From: Leucoraja erinacea | Lineage: Eukaryota | Reading direction: 5' to 3' | Assembly (NCBI RefSeq): GCF_028641065.1 | Contig: NC_073401.1 | Coordinates: forward strand, 23,126,001-23,190,000 | DNA length: 64,000 nt | Shown: positions 1 to 13,384 of the stretch, piece by piece | How the letters are laid out: every line of letters starts with the position of its first letter | Numbering within the stretch: position 1 is the first letter of the stretch | Position numbers and translations under genes: made by a program | Notes under the pieces: generated by a model | The model's input: only the letters and a program-made list of their open reading frames with translations | Databases searched by the model: none | What the model was told of the DNA's origin: nothing

Positions 1-56
1 TTTTTCCCCTCCACATATACTGACTGACATTTGCTGAATGCTTCCAACATTTTATA

Positions 57-200
57 AAGGTCAACACAAAATACTGGAGTAACTCAGCGGGACAGACATC
101 ATCTCTGGAGAGAAGGAATGGGTGACGTTTCCTGATCATTACCCTGAAATGTTAACTCCATACAGATGCTGTCTCATCTGCTGAGTATGTCTAGTACTTT
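57..200. mobile_element. Degenerate fold-back Penelope-like (PLE) terminal-repeat remnant
   Basis: ACACAAAATACTGGAGTAACTCAGCGGGACAG...GGGTGACGTTTC followed by its decayed reverse complement (CAGATGCTGTCTCATCTGCTGAGTA); same family as the copies at 37465 and 63490. Confidence 0.7.
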
Positions 201-3200
201 ATATTTATACTCACCTTGGCAATTAAGGCATCTCCAAAATTGGATACAATTTTTTTTTTAAACTTTAATTTGGCTTGTATAAACAAAGGCCAAGTCAAAG
301 ATTAAAAATTAAATCAAAAGTGTCTCTCTCCTGCATTCCATGCTATGAGGTTTTATTTCAGTAGGCTAATGTCACACAAGGCCAAACACTGATAACCACA
401 TGCAGAATTTGTCCAACGTAAGCCAAAGTTTAACTCGGTTAACATTGAACAATTGTAGTTTTGTGAAAACCAAAAACTTACTTAGACAGACCCATTCTAA
501 GCAGGGTAGTAATTGTATAGCAATGACTTTAAAAGTGAGTAGAATGCAATTGATTCTGTACCTTTGTCACTAAAATGATCTTAGTATGGGTAACATTCAC
601 TAATGGGGAGAAAAAAGCATTTTTGAATTATATTATGTAATTTTGACCTCTCACAGTGACACAACAGGCTGCTATCACACAGCCAGTGACGTAGATTCAA
701 CCCTGATCTTGGGTGCCATTTGTGAGTAATTTGCATGTATTCTTTATGACCAGGCGGGTTTCCTATGCGTGCTCTGGCTTTCTTCCACATTCAAGAGATG
801 CAGGTAGATCAAGTGGCTACTGTACATTGCTCCAAGTATTCATGGGTGGCAGAAGAATTGGGAGTCAACAGGCAAGAGAGAATATATTTCTGGGAGGTAA
901 GAAGGGAATGGGACTGAGGGGAATTCTCAGACCCAGCACAGATCTTATGAGCTAAACGACATCCTTAAAGCTGCAAGAAAATACGAAAAATGTTGAAATG
1001 TGAGGAAAGTCCATTTTAGTTTCCTTCCATATAGCAAGCACCAAAGGCATATTAACAAAATGGCAGCACAAGTAAATTCTAAATGGGAATTAGATGCATG
1101 ATTTCTTTTTAGTTTCAGGCTTACGGGGGCAGGCCAATAAAGTGGAATTAATTGTATGGATTTGTCAAGAAACAGTAAACACTCTGGGCCATTTCTCTGT
1201 GCGAATTTAGAACTGTTCTGAACAATTTAATAAGTGTCAGTAACAAAAGCCGATGATAAGAACGAACACGTTTCCTTTAAAACAGCAATCCTGCAATAAA
1301 ACAGCAACCCTTCAATACAAGCTAAACATTTTACTTTCAATACCAAACACATAAAAACATAACCACTGCAACTGATGGTGATCCATGGATGGTGATCTAA
1401 AAATCCAATGTACTTTTGATTTGATTCGACAATTTGAATGTTTATAATAAATAATTTCACAGACAGTCCATTCAAAAGGACACAAAAACTCTTTGAAATC
1501 AAGAGTTTTGAAAAAACAGCTTAAGAATTTACACAAATTTGATATGGGACCTAAATCTGAATCATCACTATTGGTACCAAGTAGGTGGATTTCAAATCTC
1601 AATTTGCAAAATGCTCAGTTTGTTGCATACAACATCTTGCTAATATGTGGAAGAGGAAGCTGGAAAATAGTATCTTGCCATCTGCCATCTCTCTTAAGTC
1701 TCATGGGAAATGAAAGAAGAAATTAAGGTGGTACTATCCTATACTCCTAAATGAACCAAAATGTACAATAGGGGGGTGAAATATAAAAAATGGACGAATA
1801 AAGTACTATTCTTATACAAACCAATGCACCTTGTGCACAATACAACAGCTTTTATCACTGATCATTTTATGGAGTTAGACAGACAAGTATCTTGCGCTGG
1901 TTCAAAATGCTATTCTATTTGAAATTAAAAGAGATGAATAACTGCAGATTGAAAGGGATACAAGCTAAATGAAACAGTGGCCATTTCGTCGTATCTTAAG
2001 TATCTATGTTAATTATTTAATTTTAATTATTTTACTTGCACTGAAAAATGTAAAAAGTTTCCAGTCTGTACTTCAATCTCCCATAGCTCAATCCATACTT
2101 TGAGGTGGCAGTTAACAGTCTTTTACTGCCAGAACATAAATATCTTAGCCCTTGGTGTAAAATTAAGAGGTCTATGAACGGCAACATGAGGCAGCTTTTA
2201 AAGCTTTTAATAAGGATAGTTTTGTCTCGGGGAAGAGAGATTTATGACCTTACAACTATGTGGCATTTGAGTTTATAAATAACTTATGTCATACAATTCC
2301 TAGATGTGCAGACAATTCTAAACAGCATTGAGCAAAGCAATCTGATAACAAGGAGCAGTTAATCTGTTCACAATAATCAATAGCTGTTCTCATCAAATGG
2401 AAATTGTCCAATTTAAAAGTTTTTATTCAATTTTGGAAATAAACGGCAGAGCTTAATTAACAACACGCAGTTCTGCTGTGGATTAAACGATTGCTTAGAA
2501 TACAGTAGCCCCTCTTAAGTAACCTGCACTTTATAACAAACAGTACAAAACAAATTAACATAAGTAACTGATTAACTTGATGTTGTGGAGTTGTAAGAAA
2601 TTAATAATAGGTGGATCTTTATTACCTAAATGAATTTGAGTTTTGAGGACAACTATTAACAGTATCAAAAAAATGTTTCCTCAATTTGCAATGCTTTGGA
2701 ATTTATGTATGATTACGTACAGGAAGGTTCCTAGCCTTCTTTGGCAGGCTGTCAGATTACAATCTGTGGAGTAATTTACTGAGAATGTAAAGATTGAAAT
2801 TGCAATAAATCTGTCCTGTGAGCTTTTGTTTTTAACTGGAACAAGTAATTGCTAAACAGGACTTAGCTTTTTGCATACCCTGAAAGGCAAGGACAGCTGA
2901 AAGCATCTTAACATGAGGCATACATTAGATACAGCTTTGTTTCAATGTGATAACATATGATTGAATAGCTTTAGAGAAATGATAATATATTGTATTTGAT
3001 TCATTTAAACATGTCCTTCATTGTATCATTTCAAAATGACAATGTTTAAAAATTATATAAACTGTGGGAAGTCAATGTTTATTTCCAATCATGAATTAGC
3101 TAACATATTTTGATAGCCAGCGGCTATGGAAGGAGAAACTAATTTGGCCGGGATTAATTAGCATTAAAAACATAAATATTGCTATTATTTTTATTACTCC

Positions 3201-4829
3201 ATTGAAACGAAGTGTTTCAAAATTCAATTTAAAAAATGCACATAACTAGAAATTAAAATCTAACCCAGTTTAAATAGGTTATTTCTCTTAGAGTTAGTAC
3301 AGATTGGTGATGCATAACTCCCTCAGATAGACCAAAATTAGCCACAATTTGCTGCAATCTTAAGTCTTCTGGGCATGCACCACATTAAGTTTGCTGGCTT
3401 GGAAAGTAAACTAATACTACAAATCCATCGGATTTGTCCCTTACTTAATACCAATCCTTGTGAAGGAATCAACATCCATTCCAGTTCTAAATGTTGATCT
3501 CAGCATTGAAGCATTAACACAAGGAGCATTTTCAGATGTCATCAAACCTAATATTTAGCATAGTGATCTAATACTCCTCTGATGGAATACTTTGTCCTTC
3601 TGCACTATTTCATTTTCTTTGACTTCATCAATATAGCAGCAGATGCCACTAGAAACTTGAATTAGGTAGTATGAAGCAATGCCATCTGGGTCAGAAGATG
3701 AAAAATGTGCTCCAGTATAAGTACAGAGCAGGTTCATCCTCATTAAGATATATATATATATATATACACAGGTGTATATATATCTAAACTCTGAGTAATC
3801 TCATCCTAATTTGCAGCACTGTGTTCACAGCTAAATTCAGAGCTTTCGCGAAAGGTGCCGTTAGTCCCAACTGTACAATTAGACAGAGGGCACTCAAGAT
3901 TTATTTTTATCTATAAATACTAATGAAACCAATTAATTTTAAATGGAAATCCTAATAACATTCATATATGTATGATAAAAGTTTCAAAAGGGCATTCAAA
4001 GAATATCTAATTCCACTTGATACACTTGAGCGACCTCACCATACAAATATGCACTGCATTAATTTTGGGTTCCAAACTGATAAAATAAATCAGCACCTTC
4101 CCTGCAGGCCCATTTATAAAGAAATCAGTTTTCCTTCCCACCAACAAATCTCAATGGTGGCAACATAGAATCTACATTTTCATTCATTTTACTTTGCAAA
4201 CACTTTTTTTTGTTAAATGCATATACAGGCTACCAATTGATCCCATTTTTTTAATCAGATATGATAATCAATGGCATTACGGTGGTGACGATGGCAGTAA
4301 ATTTTAAGCAATAATTTATTTGAATATCCGTGTTTTGTTATAATTTCTAATTTCAATTTAGTTGCACTTTAGAAGCCAAAGTCAGTATAATTCTTGACTG
4401 TTATTTCATATAACCTAAAAATACCCATTTTGCTAAACAGCAAAAAAGGCCTGTAGTCAAATCAAAAGTAAAAGCTGAAAAATTAAAGCCATACAGAGCA
4501 ACATATTTTCAGGGTAGTAGATATCTGCAAAACTGTGGAATGTGACCCTTTGTGTGGGATTTTGCAAATAATTCCAGGAATACAAGGAGGTTTATGTTCC
4601 TCACTAATGATGCCAGTGATTAATTTCTAAACCACCTTTATCTCTTTCCCAATTAGAAATATGTGAATAAGCACCATAACATGGAAAACACACTTCCATT
4701 TTTTTTTTGTTCTTGTAGGACCTCTTTTATCCAAGAGAACAATATTATAAATGCATACTGCTGAAGATGTGATACGTTAAAGAGGGAGAGAAACAGTTGG
4801 TGAGACTTATTCTTTTGATCCAGAGGACC

Positions 4830-5200
4830 AGGAGAGCTGGTGCTTCACAGTGCCTCTGATTTGAATTCAATCCTGCACTCTGGTGCTGTTTGTGTGGTTA
4901 CAATTTGACATTTGAAATTTATTTGAACAAATACCTAGATATCTAGGTTTAGAGGGATATAGGCCAGGCAAGTGGGAGTAACCTGGTTAGACAGGTTGGT
5001 CAGCATAGCCAAGTTAGGCTTATGAGTCCGTTTCTGTGTTGTATTCCATGTGTGAAATTGTCTCCCCATAACCACTTAGGTTTCCTCCAATTCCTCCTAT
5101 TCTCACAAAGAGCTAGTTGGTAGGCTTTCGTAAATTATCCCTGGTGCAAGTCGCTGTTGGGAGAATCAGGGAAGTTCAGCAAGAAAGAAATGGTTACTGG
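4830..5200 (+). mobile_element. Old tRNA-SINE / CR1 3'-tail remnants
   Basis: Decayed SINE head and body (GCTGGTGCTTCACAG, TTCAATCCTG, GGTTTCCTCC, AAATTATCCCT) interrupted by a CR1-type tail (GAGGGATATAGGCC...GTTTCTGTGTTGTATTCCATG). Confidence 0.5.
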
Positions 5201-6374
5201 AAATTAAGTAGGGGAAAGGGAATTGTTCCATGAGCCAGCATAAATGTGGTGGGTTACATATCTCCTTTTATGTTCAAAGAAAATATGAAATAAAGGAATA
5301 GTGGTTTGCATGGTTTTTTTTGCTGCCTTTGAACTGGCCAGACAGATGTCTCAATTAATGCAGAGTCATATATAGGATGAGGTTGGGCAGCCAGAGATGC
5401 TTCATCATGAATGGACAAATTTTATGATGGTTCCCAATGCAGAATTAGACATTCAACCTTTTATCATTTATCACATGGAGGTGGTGTAGTGGCAGATGAT
5501 AAATATTCTGTTTTTTGCTTATGCTTTGCTGCTCAAGTCTTGATGCCACATTAAAACATCTGCTGTGGCCTTATGAATGCCAGCCATGCCCCCCCCGGAA
5601 AAGACCCAATGGTTAGTCTTTGGCCTTCATTGCTGTTTTCATAACTAGATCCCAAATTGAGTTTCATTAGTGCAAACGCCCAATTCACAAACTGGTTAGG
5701 TCTGTCTATCTATACAATGCACCAAAGGTCGAATACTGATTCCAGGGGAAGGCAAGGTCTTTGTCCAGGATTTGTTTTTCCATTAAGATCTCCATTGTTC
5801 CTTTGCTATTAATCAATATCTATCTAAAGTGGTGGTTTTTTGATTTGAGCTTCCATCTTGTCTTCCCTTCCACTCAGTTGGCAATTCGACATAGCAGGCT
5901 CACCAAGATCAATCAGTAAAGCCGCTTCACAAAAATCCCTGAATATTTTGAAGTAACGTTCACCATTGTTGAGAACAGGTTAACAACCACTCATTTATTA
6001 TTGGAATCATACATATTCCTCTGTGTAATTCTACATCCATTGCCCTTATACGACACCTCATAACACAGAGTAATACGCAACACACAGTAGAATATACCAG
6101 GGCCAAGCTAGATATTTATAAACTCATTGCACCTTCACCACATGATTTCCATGTTTCTGCTGAATGCTTTTATTTCTGATATGTTCTGGGAAGCTGCAAG
6201 TTGAAAAAGCATTAGAACAGCTTACCATAACTAGGTGAGGGAGAATTTTTCAGAAATAGCCACTTGTGCATATATGCAGAATTCATGCAAGACATCTCAT
6301 TTGTGGGTGTGAGAGCAGTTTAAAAAAAAAAAAGAAAACCATCTCATCAGTAGTAAGTTACAATATCCATTCAA

Positions 6375-6845
6375 GATTGCAAAAAAATTGCAGAGTTGTG
6401 GCATAGTTCAAACCATCACGCAAACCAACCTTCCTTCCATTGACTCCATCTACACTTCACGCTGCCTTGGCAAGGCCATCAGCATAATCAAGGACCAGCC
6501 TTACCCTGGTCGCTCCCTCTTCTCCCCCACCCCATCAGGCAACGTAAGAAAACGCATTCTTCTAGGTTTTGGGACAGTTTCTTCCCAGCTGTTATCAGCC
6601 AACTGAATCTTCATCTCACCAGCTGGAGTGCGGTCCTGACCTCCCATCTACCTCATTCCAGACCTTTGAACTATCTTTAATCGGACTATCAGACTTTATC
6701 AACATTATCAACGTAATGTTGTACCCTTTACCTGTACACAGTGGACGGTTTGATTGTAATCATATATAGTCTTTTCTTTGACTAGTTAGCTAGCCACAAA
6801 AAGCTTTTCACTGTACCTTGGTACATGTGGCAATAATAAACTAAA
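6375..6845 (+). mobile_element. Rex/Babar- or L2-type LINE 3' fragment
   Basis: Encodes LPSIDSIYTSRCLGKAISIIKD..PG..LF, homologous to the C-terminus of the ORF at 14171; ends GCAATAATAAACTAAAC. Confidence 0.75.
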
Positions 6846-9029
6846 CAAAAATAGTAGTTGATAATAGTATCAAAAGTCTTCTCAGAAAGAGATTGGACAA
6901 AATATGCTGTTGAGGGATAAGGAAAATAGGTCAGTCAGAAGGATCTATTCCCAGCACTACATTCATTTTAATCTACAGGACTCTTTCCCTGATTTCAATC
7001 ATCACCTAACCACCTAATCACATTCCAGCCACCTTCTAAGCTAAGTTTCCTTTAGTGAAAATTAACATTATTGCCATTTCATCGAGTCGAACAATCCATA
7101 TGCTAGATGCAAGAACAATCCATATGCAATAACCCACAATGAGATATCAAATAAAAGTTGGAACGAAAAATGTAAGTATAACCAAACTAGACATGAATAA
7201 TGAGATGAAGCACATTTTCATGTTTGCTATCAAGAGTTGATACTAAAATAATTCTATAGCATTTTGAAAACAAATAATTGAATAGTGCATCAAACACAAA
7301 GCATAAACAGGGGGACAGCCAAGAACAGATTCTGTCTCGCTCAATGTTATAATTTTAAAGATGCGTTTGAGAACAAAATAAAAAACAGTAAATTCCTTAT
7401 GCAAAAAATAAACTGCTGTAAGAAATTAGAGGATCAAGCAACCTATATATGACGCAAAAGGAGATCAACATAGTCAGGTGAAGGCCTTGCATTCTGATTG
7501 AGAATGTAGAGGGAAGGTAGCCTGTATTTAGCAGCGAGAGGCAGTGGCAAGACGGAGGCTGGCAACCAAATGTTGAGAATGAGGTTTGTAAGTAATAGGT
7601 GGAAGCAGACAAGGAGGTCCTTTCAGCTTTCTGCAGAGAACCATTCTCTCCATGACTCCCTGGACTGAACCGAGCTAGTTTTGTGAATCAACATGTTTTC
7701 CTACATCATAACTTTGACAATATTGCTTGTAAAGTGACAGAGGGCATCTTAAATTTATAAAAGGTGATTTAAAAATACAACATATTTTTAAACACATTTT
7801 TTTCAACGTACATTTAGCACTAAATCCTAAGAACAGGCATTAACCTTTACCCCAATTTTTCTAGATCATGCTAAAAGGATTCCCAATCTGAGATGTTTTA
7901 ATTATTTTTTCTACTGATGTCGCAATAGCCGAACACCTTCATGACTGCAGGTCATAAAATCTGCTATTTTGTACCATCGTTTGCAGAGTAAGTACGGGAG
8001 TGATCAGAAGCCAAATTGGTCACCTTCATAAAACAAGTAACCAATCATATTTAAAAAGGAAACAATGTCCCTTTGCCTTTTGATTTAACCTGGGTTGTTT
8101 TATGTTGTTAAAATCATTTTCAACTGTGCTTTCCATTTACTTTTGTTTCCATCTTCTCTTTGTCGGGAAGTCCTCTTGCATCTTAATACAAAGATTCCTT
8201 CACCATCAACAAACTAAATAGGGCACACAGCTCTCTATTAAATCAACAAAGAACTACTCGTATTCACTGGGTTCCGGTGTAGAATTCATGTTCGTGAATC
8301 AAAGAAATGGCTGTAAATATGAATGAAGAGAAATGTGGCATCCAATCTATAAGTGGAAAGTGGTTACTAAGTGCTCTGGAAAGAGAATATGCTTTTTTTA
8401 AATATAAAGAGTGGAAAGGGCTGTCACTGCAAATGTTTCTGCTATAAACAGACGGGTATCTGCTGCACCCAGAAATCAATCTTTAGCCCACGACATTTTG
8501 CTTTCTATCCCTTACATCAAAGTCACGAAAATAGATTGGTGAAGGAATATCATCCTGCACATTCTGCTCTGAGGTACGGTTCACTCATCCATAATGTACT
8601 ACTGTGGAAAATGTTCACTGAGAGCTTGATATATTCTACTGCACTGTTTTCCATTCCTTCCTTCCTTCATCTCTCGCTTCATTGATCATCCTTCATTCCC
8701 TCTGACTAGAAATACCACTTTATTGACCCTTCATGAATCCTGAAGTGGCTTAGCTAGCCAATCAATTGTTACAAAACAGCAGGTTTTCAGAAGAACACCA
8801 TTAAAACTTATGATAATAAATGTAGTCTTGTGGAGGTGTGTCAGGCACAGATTGAAAGATGGCTGCCCATTACTAAATGCATTTTGTTTTACTGGGACCT
8901 GCAAGGTTTGTTTATTTATGCTTTCTATTAAAATACACAGCAGAAGGGCCATTTGAGCCCCTGAGACTGCTCTACCCTCTGGAGTAAAACATGCCAAAAA
9001 TACACCACCTCCGAAGCTTAAATGAAGAA

Positions 9030-9410
9030 TTTCTCCTCATCTAATCCTTCAATGACCTAACTCTTATTCTGAGATTGTGATCCTTGGAGTTCTAGACTTC
9101 TCAGCTAGGGGCAACATTCTCCCTGCATCCAGCTGCAAGAATTTTGAGAGTTTTACTGCAATCTCCTCTCATAGAGTTAGTCGAGACAATCTCTCTTTGT
9201 AGAACAAACCCACCCGTCGTTGGCACCAGTCTTGTAAAGTATTGTGCACTCCTCCTATAAAAGGTTGGTTATCTCTTGGGTAAGGAATCCAAAATGTACA
9301 TAATACTTAAGGTGTGGTCTCACCAAGGCCCTATACAATTGCAGAATGACATCTTTACCTCTACATTTACATAATCTCATATAAAAGTTCAACATACTAT
9401 TTGCCTTATT
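9030..9410 (-). mobile_element. Old CR1 LINE fragment
   Basis: CAAAATGTACATAATACTTAAGGTGTGGTCTCACCAAGGCCCTATA is the reverse complement of the CR1 YRALVRPHLEY region. Confidence 0.6.
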
Positions 9411-12389
9411 GTTTGAATGTCAGCTTTGCCCAATGTCTTACCATTAAAAATAAACAGCTTTTTTTATGTTTGTGAATGGATAACTTTACATTTTTCCACA
9501 GTATATTCCTTTCTCATTCTATCGAACCCCCAATTCTTAATTTGGGTCGGTATATTAGCCACAATTTAATGTGCTTTAATGCCAGTGACAAACCTCTTGC
9601 ATGGAGACCTCAACAAAAAGTCCAAATTTTCCACGCACTGATAATATCATCTGATGGGCTGAGCCACAAATACACAGACCTAAAATAACTTTACTATAGT
9701 ACATATACTATAAGTTTTAGTGAAAAGCCAATTGATAAATTAGTTAAGTTGTCATACAGGCCAAACGAAAGCCTTCTCAATGAGCCTTTTCAAGGGAACT
9801 GTTACTATCTTCAAATTTAATTGTGACATCAATGAAGACAGTAACAGGGCCCATTTTAAAAATAGTACCAACAACGACAAACCTTGGATTAAACAGATCA
9901 GTTATAGTCTGTTGGTTTTTTATTAATTAGAAGGTCAACAATTAGATTATATCCTAAGCATTCCAGTAGCAATATCCGCAATTTTCCATTTTCTCTCTCC
10001 TTTATGAAATAGCAAGGCCACATTTGCTTTCCCCTAATTCAGCTAAGAGCATGTCCAGAATGTATAGAATTTTGGCTGATGCTAACTGGAGCTTTGACCA
10101 TCTCTCATGGCACTTCTTTCAAAACTCCTGGATGCAGATCATAAGTTTCTTGGGGTCTATCAACTTTTAGTCTTGTCAGCTTCTCATGTACTTTTGTTTT
10201 TTTTAAAGTAACAATTAATTCTTTCCTTCAGTATTTCATTCTCAGTAGATACCTGATTCTGTGGTATTTCTGGCAATTTTTTTAGCCTCTTCCATGACAA
10301 ACACATAATCGATGTCACCAAAACTGATTATCCAATTACAAATTCACTAAGCAACAATTGTGCATAAATGTTTTCTCTTTATTGCACGAGTAATCAACTT
10401 CTATAATTGGCTGCAAAGCATTTTCAATGCTGTGCACTTTTATATTAAAAAGGTAAGTAATTTTGTGTTTAGCTCATGATAAAATTATTGTTTTTCCCCA
10501 TAAAAGTTGAACCAAGCTGTGAACTTTGAATGAAAGGCCTGTATCAAACCTGTGCCACTGCAGCTTCAAATAAGATTGGACCAGAAAAAGGAACTGAAAA
10601 TCAGATAAGGTTTGGAATCTGACCATTGCTGCTTTTTGGAAGGAAATTATGAAGTCAACATGTATTAGGCAGAGAAAGCATTTCCATCTGCACACATCCA
10701 TAACAAAAATGTTTGTTGACTTAATCCCAAGGGAATGGGAACTCTTACATGAAATTAACATTTTCTAAATAAATTCCAATTCAGGGTCTCTTTTTAGTAC
10801 ATTGTAGATATCACTGATTGCAGTTCAGAAGATCCCTCGAGCAGTTGTGACTCAAAAGGCTTCACTGAACTCAAAATGTTCACTTACTCAGTTGTCTATG
10901 CCATTGCCATTAAATTCACAAAAGAACAATACCATTATTACATTGCAATTATTGTAAGCTGATTTCAGAACCAAACTCCACATTCAGTTGATGTCTGTGC
11001 TGAACAGGTCAACGGGTTATCAAACTAACCGTGACATACCACAAATAGATTTTGTAGAACCACAAAGTGGTTACTGGACAATATGAGGCAATTTAGCTGA
11101 TCACACTGATGTCAGCAATCTGCAAGAGCAAACAATTTTATTCCACGCTCCCCCCAAAGTTCTGCATTTTTCCTCCTCCATCAAGCACTTATCCAGTTCT
11201 CCTTTGAACACAATGATTCAACCCTCTTGCACTCCTACTCCTAGCAGTGCAGTTCAGACACCATCTACTCATTTTGGGGTCTTATACCAATTCTTTGTTT
11301 CATATCCACTGTCTCTCTTGGCTCTTCCTCCAGTGGGAATACATAGTTTTATGCTATCTATGACCATTCATGATTTCAAGTATCTTTATCAGATTATCCT
11401 TCAAATAAAACAATACCACATTGTCCATATACTTGAAGTCAGCCATGTGTAGAAACATTCCAGTATTTTGTGTACTTAAGATTCCATTGGTGTCTTGCAC
11501 ATTGTCTGATTTGGAGGTTCTAATGTATTATGTACACCACATAAAACTATACTTTGCATTTCTCTTTCTGGGCTGCACTCTAAAGTAAAATTATCTGTTC
11601 CTATCTTCAAAACATCTCCTTCCAGGAGGCAAAAGGAATGGCTGGTATGAAATAGCAATACATTTGATGCCTGGACATGTGTAATAATCACCATAGCTGG
11701 TTACACATTAATCAAGTATACCCTAATATATATCCCAAAACAAATACTGGCTTGCCACATGGAGAGTTGTACACATTAAGGAAATAAACTGTCTGTGGAA
11801 ATTTAGACACCAAAGGAATCTGCCCACGCCTTTCTGAAAAAAAATGAGACTATGGAAAAACTACACCAGCGGCTATGGATACTGCTTATCTTTGAAAACT
11901 ATGCCGTTTTGCATTGCTTCATTCCTCCCGAGCTGAAATATCAAAATTCACATATATCAAATCAAACGGCTAAACCTCACGATTATCGATGAAATCGAAT
12001 CGTTACTAGCAACCCCCAACTATCAAATCCCCACTGATTAGTCACCATATAAAATCTCTATTTCTTCTGATTTGCGCCCCTCTCGCAACCACGAAATCAA
12101 CCCAGTCGTTTCCTGGTGGTCATGGGGATAGTTATTCAAAGTGTGTTTGTAGTGGGCAAGTAATCAAATTATGACTGACTCCCCGATAAAGCAGAGAGCA
12201 ACAAATCATACTGCTAATCCCAACAACACGACGGGACTGACAACTTTACCACGAGCCCCCACAGCCCGAAAGGATTGCCTTTCCTCGCAGGGATCTCTAG
12301 TCCATACTTATTTCCATGTTGCTGCACGAATCCCCATCCTAAAAAGGGATAATTATCCCCACAATCCATGAGTTAATCGGATCACCACA

Positions 12390-13300
12390 GCCCGCCCGGG
12401 CGGAGCTTCTGAGACTGGGAAAGTTTGTTGCCCAGACTCCGGGTCCCTTGTGATCAAACAAATCCTTTCAGCTCCAGTGGTTCCGAACAAACAGGAAACT
12501 TTTCAGATCTTTCACACAAACTTCCAGCGGCACTGCCCCGGGACGAGGAGCGGTGGCTGAGCCCGGCGAGCTCGCTCGTCGCCGCCGCCCGTCCCCTGTC
12601 TGTCTCCCGGCAGAGCCCCTCACGCACAGACCGCAGCCGCTCGCCGGCCTCCTCTGCCCGACAGGCCGGCCGGCTGGCCTGCCAGGCACCGGTAACCAGG
12701 GCCACCTTCGCGGCCTGCCTGCCCGCCTGCCCGCCTGCCGGGTGCGGTTGCTGGAGCTCGAGTGGGTATCCGGCCCCGTTCGCTTGGGTCCGGTCCCGGT
12801 CCCGGTCCCCCTCTTCTCTCTCTCCGTGTCGGCATCTCTTACCCAAGTCGTCCATGTTCCGGCTGCGAGTGGCAGAGCCCCGGCAGCCGACGAGCTGGTG
12901 AGACCGGCGAGGACACTCCGACAGCCAGCGGCCGAGTGAGGCGGCCCGGAGCTCGTGCTGGTGGGGGGGGGGGGGGGGGGGGGGTGGTGGTGATTGAGGG
13001 GGGGGGGGGGACTTGCAGCCACGCGCGCGGGCACGGCCGGGGCGGGGAGCGCACGCGCCAATAACCGCCCCCTCCCGGTTGGGGGGGGGGATGGATTAGG
13101 CGGGGAGAGAGGGCAGCTCGCACTATGTTCTCCTCACCTCTCTCCCACGGCCCGTGGCCCCGACGTTTCTCCTCCCATCTTCCAAAGGCGGGGACACCGG
13201 GCACCTTCGCTCGACTTCACCGCATGGCCACGGCATCTTTGGCGTTAAATAACCGATCGCATGGAGCATCGCCGAATCCATCGTCCCTCAGGGAACACAT
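12390..13300 (-). promoter_or_regulatory. CpG island / PXN promoter and 5' UTR
   Basis: Abrupt GC- and CpG-rich block in AT-rich DNA; GC box GGGGCGGGG 13039-13047, NRF1-like GCGCACGCGC 13049-13058, CCAAT 13058-13062; long G tracts at 12963-13010 and 13081-13090. Confidence 0.8.
12843..12855 (-). CDS. PXN: Paxillin, first coding exon (MDDL + first base of the next codon); intron 1 extends off the left end of the window
   Basis: Minus strand reads GGAAC ATG GAC GAC TTG G|GTAAGA: good Kozak context, 13-nt coding exon, phase-1 donor. This matches the MDDL|DALLADL LD1 start of paxillin, and PXN lies next to SIRT4 in human. Downstream exons were not found in the window. Confidence 0.85.
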
Positions 13301-13384
13301 CGATCTACTCTTCACTATACTATGGGCATCTGAACCACCATTTCCCTCGGGCATCAATCACATCGTTCACTGACCAAGGGCTTC

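Noticed and set aside
2300-3200. TAAT-rich stretches in PXN intron 1 as conserved enhancers
   Set aside because: Expected by chance in AT-rich DNA; cannot be supported without alignments.
7089-7127. 15-bp direct repeat GAACAATCCATATGC (and a 16-bp repeat at 55099-55132)
   Set aside because: Two-copy slippage duplications; not CRISPR-like and no sign of function.
12425-13248. Many overlapping 70-197 aa ORFs, including the 133-aa MDDLGKR... ORF
   Set aside because: Stop-poor CpG-island sequence. Only the first 13 nt are coding; the remainder is read-through past the GTAAGA donor.
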